Positions 25,282 through 39,020 of a stretch of DNA of 64,000 nucleotides are shown here, piece after piece. The notes below the pieces were generated by a model, which saw nothing but the letters and a program-made list of their open reading frames with translations, did not search any database and was not told the DNA's origin. Positions within the stretch are counted from its first letter, which is position 1, and each line of letters starts with the position of its first letter. Origin of the DNA: Octopus sinensis (taxonomy: Eukaryota); assembly GCF_006345805.1 (NCBI RefSeq), contig NC_043007.1, forward strand, positions 3,844,001 to 3,908,000, read 5' to 3'. Made by a program: the position numbers and the translations under genes.

Positions 25282-26608
25282 ATCATCAGCATCATCATCG
25301 TTTAGCGTCCGCTTTCCATTCTGGCATGGGTTGAACGGTTCAACTGGAGTCTGGGAAGCCAGAAGGCTGCACGAGGCCCAGTCTGATCTGGCAATGTTTC
25401 TACGGCTGGATGCCCTTCCTAACGCCAACCACTCCATGAGTGTAGTGGGTGCTTTTTACGTGCCAGACGAGGCTGGCAAATAGCCATGATCGGATGTATG
25501 TATATATATGTATATATATATGTATATATATATATGTATATATATATGTATATATGTATATATATATATAATGTATGTATATATGTATATATATAATGTA
25601 TGTATATATGTATATATATAATGTATGTTTATGTATGTATATATATATATATATAATGTATGTATATGTATGTATATATATATATGTATATGTATGGATA
25701 TATATGTATATGTATGTATATATATATATATATATATAATGTATGTATGCATATATCTATATGTATGTATCATCATCATCATCGTCGTTTAACGTCCGTT
25801 CTCCATGCTAGCATGGGTTGGACGGTTCGACCGGGGTTCTGGGAAGCCAGAAGGCTGCACCAGGCTCCAGTCTAATCTGGCAATGTTTCTACAGCTGGAT
25901 GCCCTTCCTAACGCCAACCACTCCGTATATATATGTATATATATAATGTGTATATATATGTATATATATGTATGTATATATATATTTAATGTATACATAT
26001 GTATATATATAATGTGTATATATATGTATATATATATGTATATATATATATTTAATGTATATATATATATATATATTTAATGTATATATATGTATATATA
26101 TAATGTGTATTAATATGTATATATGTATATATATGTATATATATATATATGTGTGTGTGTATGTATGTATATATATATGTGTGTGTGTATGTATATATAT
26201 ATATGTATGTATATATATATGTATGTATATGTATGTATATATATATTTAATGTATATATATATATTTAATGTATATATATGTATGTATATATATATATTT
26301 AATATATATATGTATATATATATATATGTATATGTATGTATATATATATTTAATGTATATATATGTATGTATATATATATATATAATGTATATATATGTA
26401 TGTATATATATGTGTGTGTATATATGTGTGTATATGTATATATATATGTGTGTCTGTGTGTGTGTATATATATATGTATATATATGTGTATGTGTATATG
26501 TATATATATGTATGTGTATATATATATATATACACATATGTGTATATATATACATGTATATATGTATGTGTTGTGTATATGTGTATTTATACACACACAC
26601 ACCACACA

Positions 26609-26672
<64 letters not shown>
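25176..26672. repeat. (TA)n-rich microsatellite field interrupted by two RTE 3'-UTR copies (25283-25492 and 25770-25925, minus strand)
   Basis: Direct. Confidence 0.9.
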
Positions 26673-26675
<3 letters not shown>

Positions 26676-26881
26676 GGGAGCTGTGAGACAGAGAGTTTGA
26701 AGGTAACCATCTTGAATTACTCTGCTATATCCAATCAAATGGATATGAGTTATAGGTTGTCTGCACTTGGAGTTTCCATGATTTTATTGATCGCAAGTAT
26801 CAATCTCTCTCTGGAAAAAAAAAAGAAGTGAGAGCGAAAAATAAAAATAAAATAAAGAAAAACTGAAAACAAGCCACTTAC

Positions 26882-26958
26882 TATCCACTCTTAATATAGT
26901 CTTCAACTGGAATATCATTTGGCTTTTTAGAGCAGTGCGATTTCTTCTTTTCAGCCAT
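26882..26958 (-). CDS. Candidate first coding exon MAEKKKSHCSKKPNDIPVEDYIKSG
   Basis: Start context aaaacATGG; consensus donor TA|gtaagt (phase 2). No compatible downstream exon found. Confidence 0.3.
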
Positions 26959-27487
26959 GTTTTATTTGTATATGCATGAATGGAAGCAGCGAGAAAGAAA
27001 GGAGTAAAAAAATCATACATCAAACAATAGAAACCTTTTTGAAAATGAAGTAATGAAAGTAGAGAGAATAATAGTTTAGCAAAGAGGATAGCAAACAAGC
27101 AAGCAAGGGAACCTGCAAGCAAGCAAGCTATCTAAATACCTTAGGTTTTTCAGTTTTTTTTCATTTTATTTACATTTTAGTAATTTTTTTTCTTCTTTTA
27201 TCTGTCAGGCTGTCTTCATTTGTATTTTGTTTCCTAAACTGTTAGGAAAAAGAAAGAAGGAAATTTTACTAAATATTCTTGATGCTTGATAAATGATAGC
27301 TGTGTGTGTGTGTGTGTGTGTGTGAACTGAATTTATATAAGAATATTCATCTATTCTTTCTGTAAAATATTTTAGGGGCCTTAATCTTAAAGTAATCATG
27401 TGGGTCTGACATCCAAAGAACTGATATTCATCTCAATGAGTGTCATTAAAATTCTGACTACACCAAATTGGATGAGACCCAGCCAGT

Positions 27488-27706
27488 TTGAAATTGTTAT
27501 TGGACCCACATAGCTGTTTTAGAGGGTCTATAACTCACCAATTATTTAAAACCAGACTAAAGATATATATATATATATACCCACATCATCATCATCATCA
27601 TCATGATGTAGGTATATATATATATATATATCTTTAGTCTGGTTTTAAATAATTGGTGAGTTATAAACCCTCTAAAACAGCTATGTGGGTCCAATAACAA
27701 TTTCAA
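27488..27706. repeat. Near-perfect palindrome, arms about 100 bp, centred on (TA)n-(CAT)n
   Basis: ttgaaattgttattggaccc...ctaaag is the reverse complement of ctttagtc...ccaataacaatttcaa, with one substitution in the unique part. Confidence 0.95.
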
Positions 27707-28634
27707 TGTTTAAATAAATAGAGCTTGTGTACTTAACTAAAATGGTCATGAAGGTAGATGCCTTCACCAATCATTATGAGGATTTTGTAGATTATTAACA
27801 ATTGTAGGGTATGTATAAATTTTTTTGATTTTTTTTTTCTATATGAAGAAGGTGCAAGAATTACAAAACCATTTAAGGATTGTGAATTATTAAATCATTT
27901 ACAAAATCTGTAGTTAATAAGATCATGCTTGAACTATACAGTTTACTAAATAAAAATCATAGAAAGCTGATAATCTAAGCTAGATATAACAAATCTAAGT
28001 ACTAATTTGATACGTGTGTGTGAGTGTGTGTATGAAACGAACAACAATCTGAATGTTAGCAAAGAAAATCTGTAAATACCACTATCAAAACTTTGATTAG
28101 TACCCGCCTCCTATTTTAGAAATCATTCTTCTGTTTATGTAAGTAGACCAATAGTCCTAGGAGCATGGTTTTTCATCTTATTGAAAAAACAGTTCCTCCT
28201 CCTCCTCATCCCTGTTCTTTCTATATTTATTGGATTTGATATTTCTTTGTTATATGTTGTACATTTTTGTATTCTTTGTTTTCTCTTTTTTTCTTTGCGC
28301 AATTAGAAAATTGCACAAAGTGTGTTTCCATTTTGCATAAGTAGTCTTGGTATTTGCTGATATATACTACTGTAGTAAAGAAGAGTTATAAGAACTATCA
28401 GTTGCCAAGTCATGCTACATACATATTGTTTGTCAGTAAACTACTATTGGTCGGTTACCACCACTACTACTACTACTAGCTTACTAAGAAAGAACACACT
28501 AGTTGCCGACTTGATTATTGATTTTATTGTTCATCACATTTAACTTGTAAAAAGAAAAATCTTTCTCTCCATCATATAATAGATTTCACATCCCAACCAA
28601 TGTTTCATCTTTTCCTTTTTAATTTCACTTTTTC

Positions 28635-28671
<37 letters not shown>

Positions 28672-28734
28672 ACTTTAATGAAGAACTAGAATATTTCTTC
28701 ATGCTGTACTTTCAAGAAAGGAAGATATTTATTT

Positions 28735-31330
28735 ATCATCATCATCATCGTTGTCACCATTTTATGTCTGTTTTTCCATACTTGCATGATTTAAGTAGAT
28801 CTTCTCTAGTGCAGTGCCTTGTCACTTGTGATCCCTGAGATTATCTTTCTTCTGGGGTCTCCTTCTTCTACAGGTTCCTTCCACTGTCATACTCCATATG
28901 CACCACAATTCCAAACCATCTCAGTCTTCTCTCTTGCTTGCCACATTTAATTAATCTTATACCTAGTTTTTCTCTCGTATGTAATCCATCATTCATTGAC
29001 TCTAAAAAAAATTACTCATCCAACAGAACATAATTGCTTCATTTCTTTCCAATCTTTGCAATATTTCCCATATATAAGACCCATGTTATGCAGCATCACA
29101 CTTTGTACACATGCACCATTGTGATACCCCGAAGCAGAAAACCTCTGTTACAAGTAGAGGTAACAGTGCCCTGCAGTTTTCAACCCCGTTCTTTGGCAAC
29201 TATTCTTTCAAAACACTCTCCTGCATTGCTAACTGATCATCTGGCTAACAGAATCTATCAACTCTTTGATGGTACTCTCTGAGTATTTGAAAGAATTTAT
29301 TTCATGGGTGCTCTTCTTGCTAGCTACTTAAGTACATCTGCCACTTACAAAGGTTTCCTGTCAACCTGCTTGTGACTGCTCTGGACTTCTTATACATTCA
29401 AAGTTAACATGGGGTACATTACATGGAATTCCTTATTCTTTCTTTCCTGTATGTCAAGCATGGCTATTGACTAGATAGCAATAGAGTCCTATCTCCTTTC
29501 CTGCTAACTAGGTTTACTTTAAGACTTCTTGATTTTAAGTTTTAGCCTCACCTTTAGAATTTCTCTCCTAATTCTTTGACAGATTCAGGAACTAGGTTAT
29601 CGGCATACAAAAGTTCCCATAGACAGCCAGTCTTAAACTCTTTTGTGGTTGCCCAGAGAATTAAAATAAACAGGAAGTGTCTGAGAACCAAGACCTTATA
29701 GATATCAATTGCACACTGAGCTTAATGTCAGTTCACACATCTCTGCAATGATTTACTGTATAGTTATCACATGCTATTTATCTTCACCTAATTTCCTGGT
29801 AGCCCCTAGACTTCAGGGTGTGTTACCCTCTTAAAGGGCTTCTCCAGGTGTTGTAGCTTGCTCTTAGCTACAAACTTCTGTAGTTCTACAAGGAAGAAGG
29901 TATCAATAGTTGCCTCTCCTGGTATAAATTCAAATTGCTTCTAATCTAATCTAATGTTCCTCTTAATTAGTTGTGCTGTGTTCATAACTTGGTCTATCAG
30001 TTTCCTGCTACTACAGCTGCTTTTTTTTTCTAGAGCTTCTCCTTTTCTCTTGTAGCAGTTAATGATAATATTGCTATGCCAGTCATAGGGAATTATTCCT
30101 TTCTTATTTGATTGACTGGTCTGAGTCCTACTTTGTTGGATGTTTTAAGCCACTCATCTACTATCCTTAGTTGTCTAGATGCTTTCCTTGCCTTCATATC
30201 TCTAATGGCTATTTCATCTGTGTAGCTGTCAATTTCAAAAGCTAATCACTCTGCTAGTCTATCTAGAGCACTCCCTTTTTCCTCTCCTCTCCCCTCTGCA
30301 TTCTGCAATTTCTCCACATTCATGTCTCCTCTGCATCAGTGAGGTCGAGTGCAGTGCTACCATACATATTTTAGACCAGTGATATCCTGATTCCTTTTGA
30401 CACCCATTTTAAAATCCAGAAAGCCTTGTACTTCTGATTCTCACATCATCAAACATTGGCAGATTTCTCTATTTTATCAAATGTCTACTTTTCCTTCTGG
30501 TTACTTGATATTGTTGTTTGTTAACCATTTTCTTTTTTTATTATTTCTCAATCTGTCTTTTAGCTTTTATGGTTCTAACTACCACACCTTTCAATCACCA
30601 TGTCATTCTTTTGTCTTGCTGGAATCTTGCTCAATATGCATATTCGTTCTGTGGTTTGTGATGGGTTGTCTTGTAGAAACTTCCAGTTCTCTCCTATGAT
30701 ATAGGTCTTTATTTCCTCCCCCTTCTTTGTAATAATATCTAGTAGTGTGATCTTTTAGCTTTCATACCTTCTTTCTTTATATTGTCACTATCTCCAGGCT
30801 TATCTATCTCTAAATTTGAAGCCACTAATCCTTAGTCTGTTTTGGATGGTACATTCTTTACTAACTGAAAACTTATTGTTTATAGCTATCCATCTCTCCA
30901 GTTTCCTGGTGAGTACAGATTCTATCTGGCTTCTGTATTCACCTGAATAGTGGATGATGAAGTGGTTTACCACTTTCTCAGTTAGTGTTGCAAATGGTTA
31001 GGTTATTTGCATCACAGAAATCTAAAAGCCTTGACACCTTTTCATTCCATATGCCATAACCATAGCCTTCTTCTTAGACATAGCTTTAGCTGCTATGGTG
31101 TTGCCCAGTGTGTCCATCAAAGTCACTAGCTGTGATGAGGTTGCTGTCTTTTTATAGTGTGTTGGTAATGTGCAAATAGAAATGGCCTTTTTACTCATTT
31201 GTCTGTCCTGATTGTGGTACCTGAGCCCATATTACTCTTGTTTTGTTGTTACCTGTGACTATTCTGAGCTAAATTGTTGTCACATTCTCTGATTATGTCA
31301 GTTACTTTATCTATTTGATAATTACTTTAT
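28735..31330 (-). mobile_element. Old, heavily decayed long RTE copy (same family as 22367-25175)
   Basis: (CAT)n tail at about 28737; colinear similarity to the 22560-23800 RT region, including a decayed PHD segment near 29340-29480; extends further 5'. Confidence 0.75.
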
Positions 31331-31394
31331 ACCTCAATGAGGAAATGACGAAGGACCAGGAGATGTGGCGATTTGCTGAACGCGATAAGAGATA

Positions 31395-31693
31395 TCAAGC
31401 TAAGTAAAATCGCTGTCTTCCACACAAACAGGCTTGTCCTTTCAGGTGCCGGTGCCACTTAAAAGGCACCTGTGCCAGTGCTGCATTAACACACTTGTGC
31501 CAGTACTGCATAAATGCACCAGTTCCAGTGGCACGTAAAAACCATCCAACACATTCTGCTAAGTGGTTGGCATTAGGTAGGGCGGAAATGATGTCACAAC
31601 AGAGTTTGGACAGCTCCCTGCTAGCCAGCTCCATGCCAAACCATACAACCCATGGCAGCATGGAGAGTGGACATTAAACGATGATGATGATGA
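31395..31693 (+). mobile_element. RTE 3'-UTR copy, degenerate
   Basis: gtggcacgtaaaaacc...gtggttggcattagg...gcatggagagtggacattaaacgatgatgat. Confidence 0.8.
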
Positions 31694-32224
31694 TATGCCA
31701 ACAATATGTCTACTCCTCACCTCTAAAGCTGTTTACTTACACAGAGAAGTTCATCTGTATTTGTTGCCTGTGAGGAATCTTGCGAAGGTTCTCTTCCATT
31801 TTACATCTTGTGTGCAACATACAATCTAAAATTCTGTTTTTATACATAAATAGTAAATATTTTCCATTTTATGTATTCCTCTTGTTTTCTTAAATGCACA
31901 TTGTTAATATCTAAGCTTTTAAAATGATGGAGGAAAACCCCTCAACAAAATAATGATTTTAACAAAATGTTTATATCAAGAAAAAAATTTAAAGAAACCA
32001 AGCATACAATTATCTACAATTTCTCATAATATTATTAATACTAATGATAATTTTTTTATTGTTTTTATTATTGTTATCAATTTATTTTTTGTTTTAACTA
32101 CTACTACTGCTACTTCACTCTCTTTTCCAATTCATGAATTTGCAATTTGCTCATTATTAATCTGATTGAATTTTAGTGAATAAGCACCTGAGTGAAAGGT
32201 TTGCAATGAAATAAATATAATAAC

Positions 32225-32269
<45 letters not shown>

Positions 32270-33524
32270 ATGCGCATGCACACACATGCCCCTATATAAG
32301 AAAATATATGAACATACGTACATAAATATGCTCACTTACATATATATGTGCATACACCCATACACACACATATATGGGTGCTTATACCCCTGAATGTGTG
32401 CACATCTGTATATATACATGTATATGTACTGTGTGTATATTTGAGTGTGTGTGTGTGTGTGTGTGCATATGCATGGATATATACATGTATACAATTAATC
32501 AAGCTTAACATTTGAAATGAGAAAATGTGTTTTTTTTCTTTTTACCCTCTTCATAAAATTTTCAAGCAAAGCAAATTTAGATTTCATGTTTGTTTTATTT
32601 TGAATGATGTTTTCAGTTTTTTGATTTTATTTGATTGATATAATCAAATGACTTGCAAAATTAAATTATTAATAAAAGCAAACCAATAGCTTTCTCATAA
32701 TTAAGAAAAAAATTAATTAAATACTATTCATCTTACTTAAGTGAATCCTTTTATAAATCAAAAGAATCCATAAGGCCAATACTCAACTCTGGTTATGTAC
32801 TGTTAAGCAGCAGGTATAGGTCACATGAAAAGGAACGTGGTGGGACTAGAATCTCTTCTGACATTTTCTCTACATTAATTATTGTTGCACTTTTATTCTT
32901 CACTATGTACATATTGCAAGAATTGATTTTGTTAATAGGGATTTACCATAATCTCTTTTCTGAAACAAGAAGGTAATAGTATTCAGGCTTCACTATCACC
33001 GCAGTCACATTTACACGTACTAATGAGGGATCCTCTACATGGTTGCTTGACCTACTGAAAATAGCTGTTAATTCTCTCAAATGATGCTTTGCTGTCATTG
33101 AAATAGAAAGAAAAATTGGCATAATGTAGCTATGGTTACACAGTAATGAGGAAAGGAAGATAGTCACAGCTGTAATTCTTTTGATCCCCATGACTTCTTC
33201 TTCAAGGCTGGCATGGAGATTAATAACAACAGCTACTTTTGTAGTTATGTTAATTCATATTCCACTGCAAAGATTTCATTGTCTCTTTGCCAGGCTCTTA
33301 ATTTCCTAGCTTGCTGTGGAGTTAAAGATTTTAAGAAAACTTACTTGTGATTCTTTGACATCTTGTTCAGAAAAAAAGGAAAATTTTTCTTTTACTTAAT
33401 ATTTTAAAGCACTATATTTACTGAATCTTTTGCTTTAAAAATTTTAGTTGATAATCATTTTTTTAAACCTAAATATTAGGATGTGCAGTGTACATAAGAA
33501 CAGAATGTTGTCCATTTTTCCCAG

Positions 33525-33562
33525 ACAGATGCATTGGCATATTCGATATTGCATAACCAAAA
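33525..33562 (+). CDS. Candidate 38-nt exon (TDALAYSILHNQ in phase 0)
   Basis: gttgtccatttttcccag|...aa|gtaagt; splice signals only. Confidence 0.25.
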
Positions 33563-34469
33563 GTAAGTTATATCTGTTGTTAACTGAGGTCTAGTGAAGA
33601 ATTACAATGATTATGATATATTTTTGTGACAGTGATGTATTAAATGTTTCTTAGTCAAGTCTGATCTACTTCTTAGGTGGGGCATTTGGGGTTATGAGAT
33701 GGGAAGTCAGCAAAATTATATCACAGAAGGGTGTTTAGAGGTTTGAGTGTGGTGGTGAGAAAATTTGTGTATCACAATCAGTGATTATGATGCCAAGTTT
33801 GATTGTATTTAAATATATATTTTTTTTTATCCTATTTTAAAAATGTTTGGTTTAAAAATAAACACATACCTCTATGTGTTATAAATACCAGAGTGCATTC
33901 CATGCTCTAAGATCTGCCATAAACTTGAAATCTTTTTTGGTATGGCAAAGTGGATTTTTCAATTAAATTATCTCTTGGCATTCTGGCATAGGAAAATCTG
34001 TCCACCCAGGTGGGAATTTTTTCATTGCACCTTTTATTTCAATTAAAAATTTCTTTAATATGATTTACTTGCTATGTCTTAAATATTTGTTATTAGGTAT
34101 GTATGAACTTCAGCCTAGTGTTATTTTGAACTTTGTCTGTTGGCAGGTCATTCAAGAAATCTAACCTCTAATTACTTTTGGCCTATCTTTACTTTCTATA
34201 ATCTCAGACATCACTAGCTAAAAGCAGATAATTTCAGTTCTCAAAAGAATGAATGGTCTTTTCACTTACTGGTTAGTGAATTCACACATAACTTGAATTG
34301 ATAAATTTTCAGAAAAATCCAGTTGAAGACTTTTAGTTGCAGGACCCATCCTTCAAAAGGTGCAGGTTGCAAAACAGACACTAAATTTATTGTAGGTTAC
34401 CATTATTTGTTTGAGAGACATAGTCAACCGGAGTGTAAGATGATATTCAGGTTCCCACTATTGCTGTAG

Positions 34470-35100
34470 ACCAGTACCACCACCACCACCATCACCACCA
34501 CAATTATCAGCACTCCTAGAATTGTAATCAGTCATTTCCATCCCAGGAAGCTCAGGTCTTGCACAGGTGTGGATACAAGACCTTTTGTTGCTGGTGGGTG
34601 AGGTCACTGTGATCACTGATGTTATAGCCATTACCCTTGTTGTTACTACTGTCTTACCTGCTATGTCACTATCACAACCAGAACCACACCCATCACTTCC
34701 CTATCAACATTACTATCACCAGTGCTATTTGATTACCAATGTTGCCACCATTAGCACCAGCTTTACCACCATATTGCTAATATCAACATATCTGTCACAA
34801 CCACCGTTGCTACCACCACCACCACCACTAGAACATCAACACTGCTAAACTATTTCAACTATCACATACGCAATATCACAGATGCCATTCACTATAATTG
34901 GTACCAATACCATCAGTGTACTCCCACTGCTACCATGATGACCACCTCTACAGCTACCACCCTGTCATTATCATACATCGTCCCCACTGTTATCATGATC
35001 ATAAATATCGCCAATACTCTCATTAGCATGACTTCTCCTTCAAAATCATTACTATAATTGTATAGCCGTGGTCATTCTCTTAGTTGCAGCCATGCTCATT
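34470..35100. repeat. (CAC/CAT/TAC)-derived low-complexity tract
   Basis: Decayed trinucleotide composition. Confidence 0.7.
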
Positions 35101-35689
35101 ATTAGTGTGAGTGTAGTTATTAAGGTTCATTGGTAGAGTTAATAGAAGCCACCCATCCATCTTTCTTTCTCATCTCTGCTCTCTTCCTCTGTGTATTCTG
35201 TGAGTCACTAACATTTCATCAGAAGTATACAAGTACTATCTATGTAGGTTAAATGTGCACATAGATCTCGATAGCGTATTAAGATACACACTAGTAAATA
35301 TATATTATAGTAGAATGCAGTATAGCATAATAGGATTAGTACATCGGAACTTAGTTACAGGCAGTTTTCTGTGACATGTGTAAAATATGGTGAAATATAC
35401 AGTAGATTAGTATAGTATGGTAGCACACAGTATATCACTGATCACTTAATGTATGTGTGTGTGTACGTGGGGTGAGTGTATATATATATATGGTATATAA
35501 TCATTTTATGCATAAGTTGGATGAGACTTATTTGAGGGAGTAAAGAGAGGTTTGCTGTCCTTCCTGGCATCAATCTTGTTTTCAATTCAAGGTATTTTGT
35601 CCTGTGTTTGTGTATATCAAAACCACCAAAGTTTTGTTTCTAGGACACAGGCATTACCACTGCCCAACCAGTGTCAAAGTAATAACATG

Positions 35690-35985
35690 TAAAGACAAAC
35701 ATATGCACACACACCTTAATATGACAAGCTTTTTCTCAGTTTCCTTCTGCCAGTTCTGTTCACAAACCTGAGACAACTACAGAGAAGATTTTCCCAAGAT
35801 GTCAGGCTGTGGAACTGTATGTAGCTACAAAGTTTACTCCAGGGCCAAGCTTTGTACCAACACACATGCATGCACACACGTGCACCAGAGGCATCTACAC
35901 AATTTCTGTTGACCAAATTTCATTTATAAGGATTGGTCAACCCAAGACTATTGTCCAAGGCACCAAGCATTGGAACCTAACTCTT
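35690..35985 (-). mobile_element. SINE family C fragment, degenerate (another at about 37010-37215)
   Basis: cttttctcagtttcc...gacttgcccaagg-like motifs. Confidence 0.6.
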
Positions 35986-38439
35986 TTTGAGGATATGTTT
36001 GTTAGGTAATGCTTAGTCATTGATTTTGGTTGGTATTCTGTTTTAATATTTTCTGTTACTTGTTTCACTATTTAGACTGTGACCATACTGAAGCACTACA
36101 TAGATAGTTATATCAATTTTAGTACATAAATGGTACTGTGTTTCTTATTCACCTCAAAGAAATAAAAAGTAATGTTCACCTGAATTTATGTAATTATGGG
36201 ATGAACCTTGTGTATGTGTGCATGCATGCATGTAGATTCTTATAACATGAGTTTCTTTCACTCATGTAGGGCTACTTCTAGAGGAGGCAGTCATTGGTAT
36301 TTTGTTTTATTCCAATCTTAATGCAATGAAAAAAGACAAAAAGATGAAGTCAATATTTCTCTGAATTCTACAAAACTTTGTGAAATAAATGATATAGTTG
36401 CAAAGAAAGACTAAGTGACTGTTAAGAAGAGTTCTGCAGATCATAAATAAAGTTTTGTTGACAGTTTGAAAAGACTAACTCAGGACTCTTTTTTTTTTTT
36501 GTGGATGACTGTACAGAAGAGAAAACTTGTACATTGTAACAGCTGTTATCTACATATTTACACATAACACTGTTTGAATCAGAAGGACTGAAATAAATTA
36601 AAATATTATAAAGCATAAATGTAAAGGAAATATAAAAATGTAAACACATTCTTTTTATGCTTTTGATATGTGGAGAAAAAGATGAGAAAGAGTCTCCTGA
36701 CAGACTTCTTCATTGACCACGATTCAGAGGTGATGTAAATGGTCTCCTTATTTAGTCAATAGCATACAATATTCAGTTATTACAGAGTTTTGATATTCAC
36801 TTTTCCATGTTTGCATGAGTCAGAGTTAGTGGAGGCAAATTTTCTAGGGCTGGATGCCCTCACTGTCACCAACTCTCTCCTGTTTCCAAGTAAGGTATTT
36901 TCCATTGCCAGATAGGTTTTGATGAAAAATTGGAAATCAAGGACACTGCTTGTAAGATGGTGACCCTCATTTATAACCATCATGTGGTGTCAAGACAAGA
37001 ATACACAACTGCTCACTCATACATATATACATACATTTATATATACATATATATTACAGGCTTCTTTTAGTTTCTCTCTACCAAATCAACTTATGAGACT
37101 TTGGTCAACCTGAGGCTATAAAAGAAGATACTTGCGCAAGTTGCCATGCAGTGGAACTGAACCTGAAAACATGTGGCTGACAGGTGAACAACATAGTCAT
37201 GCTCGCACCTTACAAACTAATAGTTCTTAATTTCCTTTGGAATTGTTTGCTCATTGGTTGAAAACTTTGGAGTTAGAGAAGTTCTAAGTAATAGCCATTC
37301 CAGCATATAATTAGATTAACCATCACAAATGATATATAACGTAGAGACATGTAGAAATACATTTTTGTGTAAAATCTGTCAAACTCAAGCTATTGCATGG
37401 ATAAAAATGAGATTAAATATGATTAGGCTATGTACTGTCATGTGAACGAGTTTAAATAATATAGTTGAATTCATTTGATGAGTAGCATTTTTAATAAGTT
37501 TTAATGTAATCATATTAAATACTAATATTATAAAAATGCATAATTTCTTTTTCATTTTGTAATTAATCAATGTTGACTCATCTATAAATCATTAGTTCAA
37601 AATGTGTTACAAGCTTCATGTCGTTTCCTAAGGGTAGACACATAATTCTAATCATCGGTTAGTGGGTCATCAAATATTTAAAGATTTGGGGCTTTCAATT
37701 TCATGTTTCCAATTAGCCAGAGGTCTGTCAATTCGTGAATAATAATTGCTTTATTTTTAACCCCATAAAGATCGCTTAGAGGATAGAGGTAACAGAAAAA
37801 TATTATTTTTTTCCCACTGTTTTTGTACTGAAATTTGAACATTTTTTTTTTCTAAGAGCCCAATTGATGGATAAATCTAGAATTATTTGTTTTGTTGATA
37901 TAAAGATCTTTAAAAAATGACTTCTTTATGTAAATTTTACATGATGCAGAACTGCATCATTATTAAATAAAGATGTAAATTTCTCTTTTTAATCTTTTGT
38001 ATTTTGAATTTGAAAAATTTTGAATTACATGCTTCACATTCTCTACTGGTTATCCACATGTCTTGTAGTGTAATACACAAAACATTGTTTTATAAACACA
38101 CTTGGAATTAGCAAATCACATTCGTTGTTCATTTTACATGTTTCTCCATGCTAATATGGGTTAGACAACTAACTATATTGTTGGGTTGTTCTTGTAAAGC
38201 CGGGTGCCTTTTAAGTTACTAACCCTTACCTGTTTTTCCAATAAGGGGTTTCTTATTTTTTCATACACCCTTGAAGGTGTGAAGTGTGCTGATGGTTTCT
38301 TGACAGAAATGACATCACATCAACACCACTTCTACTTGTAGCTGATGACTTTTGTAGAGCAGAAACATAAGCAAAAATACACACACAAACACACACACAC
38401 AAACACACACACACATACGTGTATGTATATATCATTATC

Positions 38440-39020
38440 ATCATCATTGATTAACGTCAATTTTCCATGCTGGCATGGGTTGGATGGTTTGACTGAGGTC
38501 TGGAGAGCCAGTGGCTGCACCTGGCTCCAGTCTGATCTGGCAATGTTTCCACAGCTGGATGCCCTTCCTAATGCCAACAAGTACAAGAGTTAGTGGGTGC
38601 TTTTTACGTGCCACCAGCACAGGAATCTGTCAGATGGGCCTGGCATTGATCACATTTGGATAGTGCTTTTTACGTGCCACAGTCACAGGAGCCAGTCAGG
38701 GGGCACTGGCATTGGCCATGTTCAGATGGTGCTTTTTATGTGCCACTGGCATGGGAGCCAGTCAAGTGACCCTGGCATTGATCACGTTCAGATAGTGCTT
38801 TTTACATGCCACCGGCATGGGAGCCAGTCAGGGGTCACTGTCATCAGCCATGTTTGGATGGTGCTTTTTACATGCTACTTGCATGGGAGCCAGTCAGGCA
38901 GACCTGGCATTGACCACATTCAGATGGTACTTTTTATGTGCTACCAAAATGGGAGCCATCAGGGGGCACTGGCCACAGCTACGATTTTAGTTTTACTTGA
39001 CTCAGCAAGTCTTCTCAAGC
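38440..39020 (-). mobile_element. RTE 3'-UTR copy with six tandem units of about 65 bp
   Basis: gtgctttttacgtgccac...gagccagtca...ctggcat repeats six times from about 38597. Confidence 0.85.

Noticed and set aside
20312-26738. Many long ORFs rich in YI, YT, CV or HT dipeptides (also 5758-6108, 9324-9697, 39293-39550)
   Set aside because: They are translations of stop-free (TA)n/(CA)n microsatellites, not genes.
36270-36770. Coding-looking stretch with multiple stops after a possible acceptor
   Set aside because: Many stops in every frame and no identifiable family; may be an old TE or pseudogene relic but cannot be supported.
38597-38975. CRISPR-like appearance of regularly spaced repeats (also 24431-24886)
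   Set aside because: The intervening sequences are homologous to each other, the arrays lie inside a LINE 3' UTR, there are no cas genes and the context is eukaryotic.
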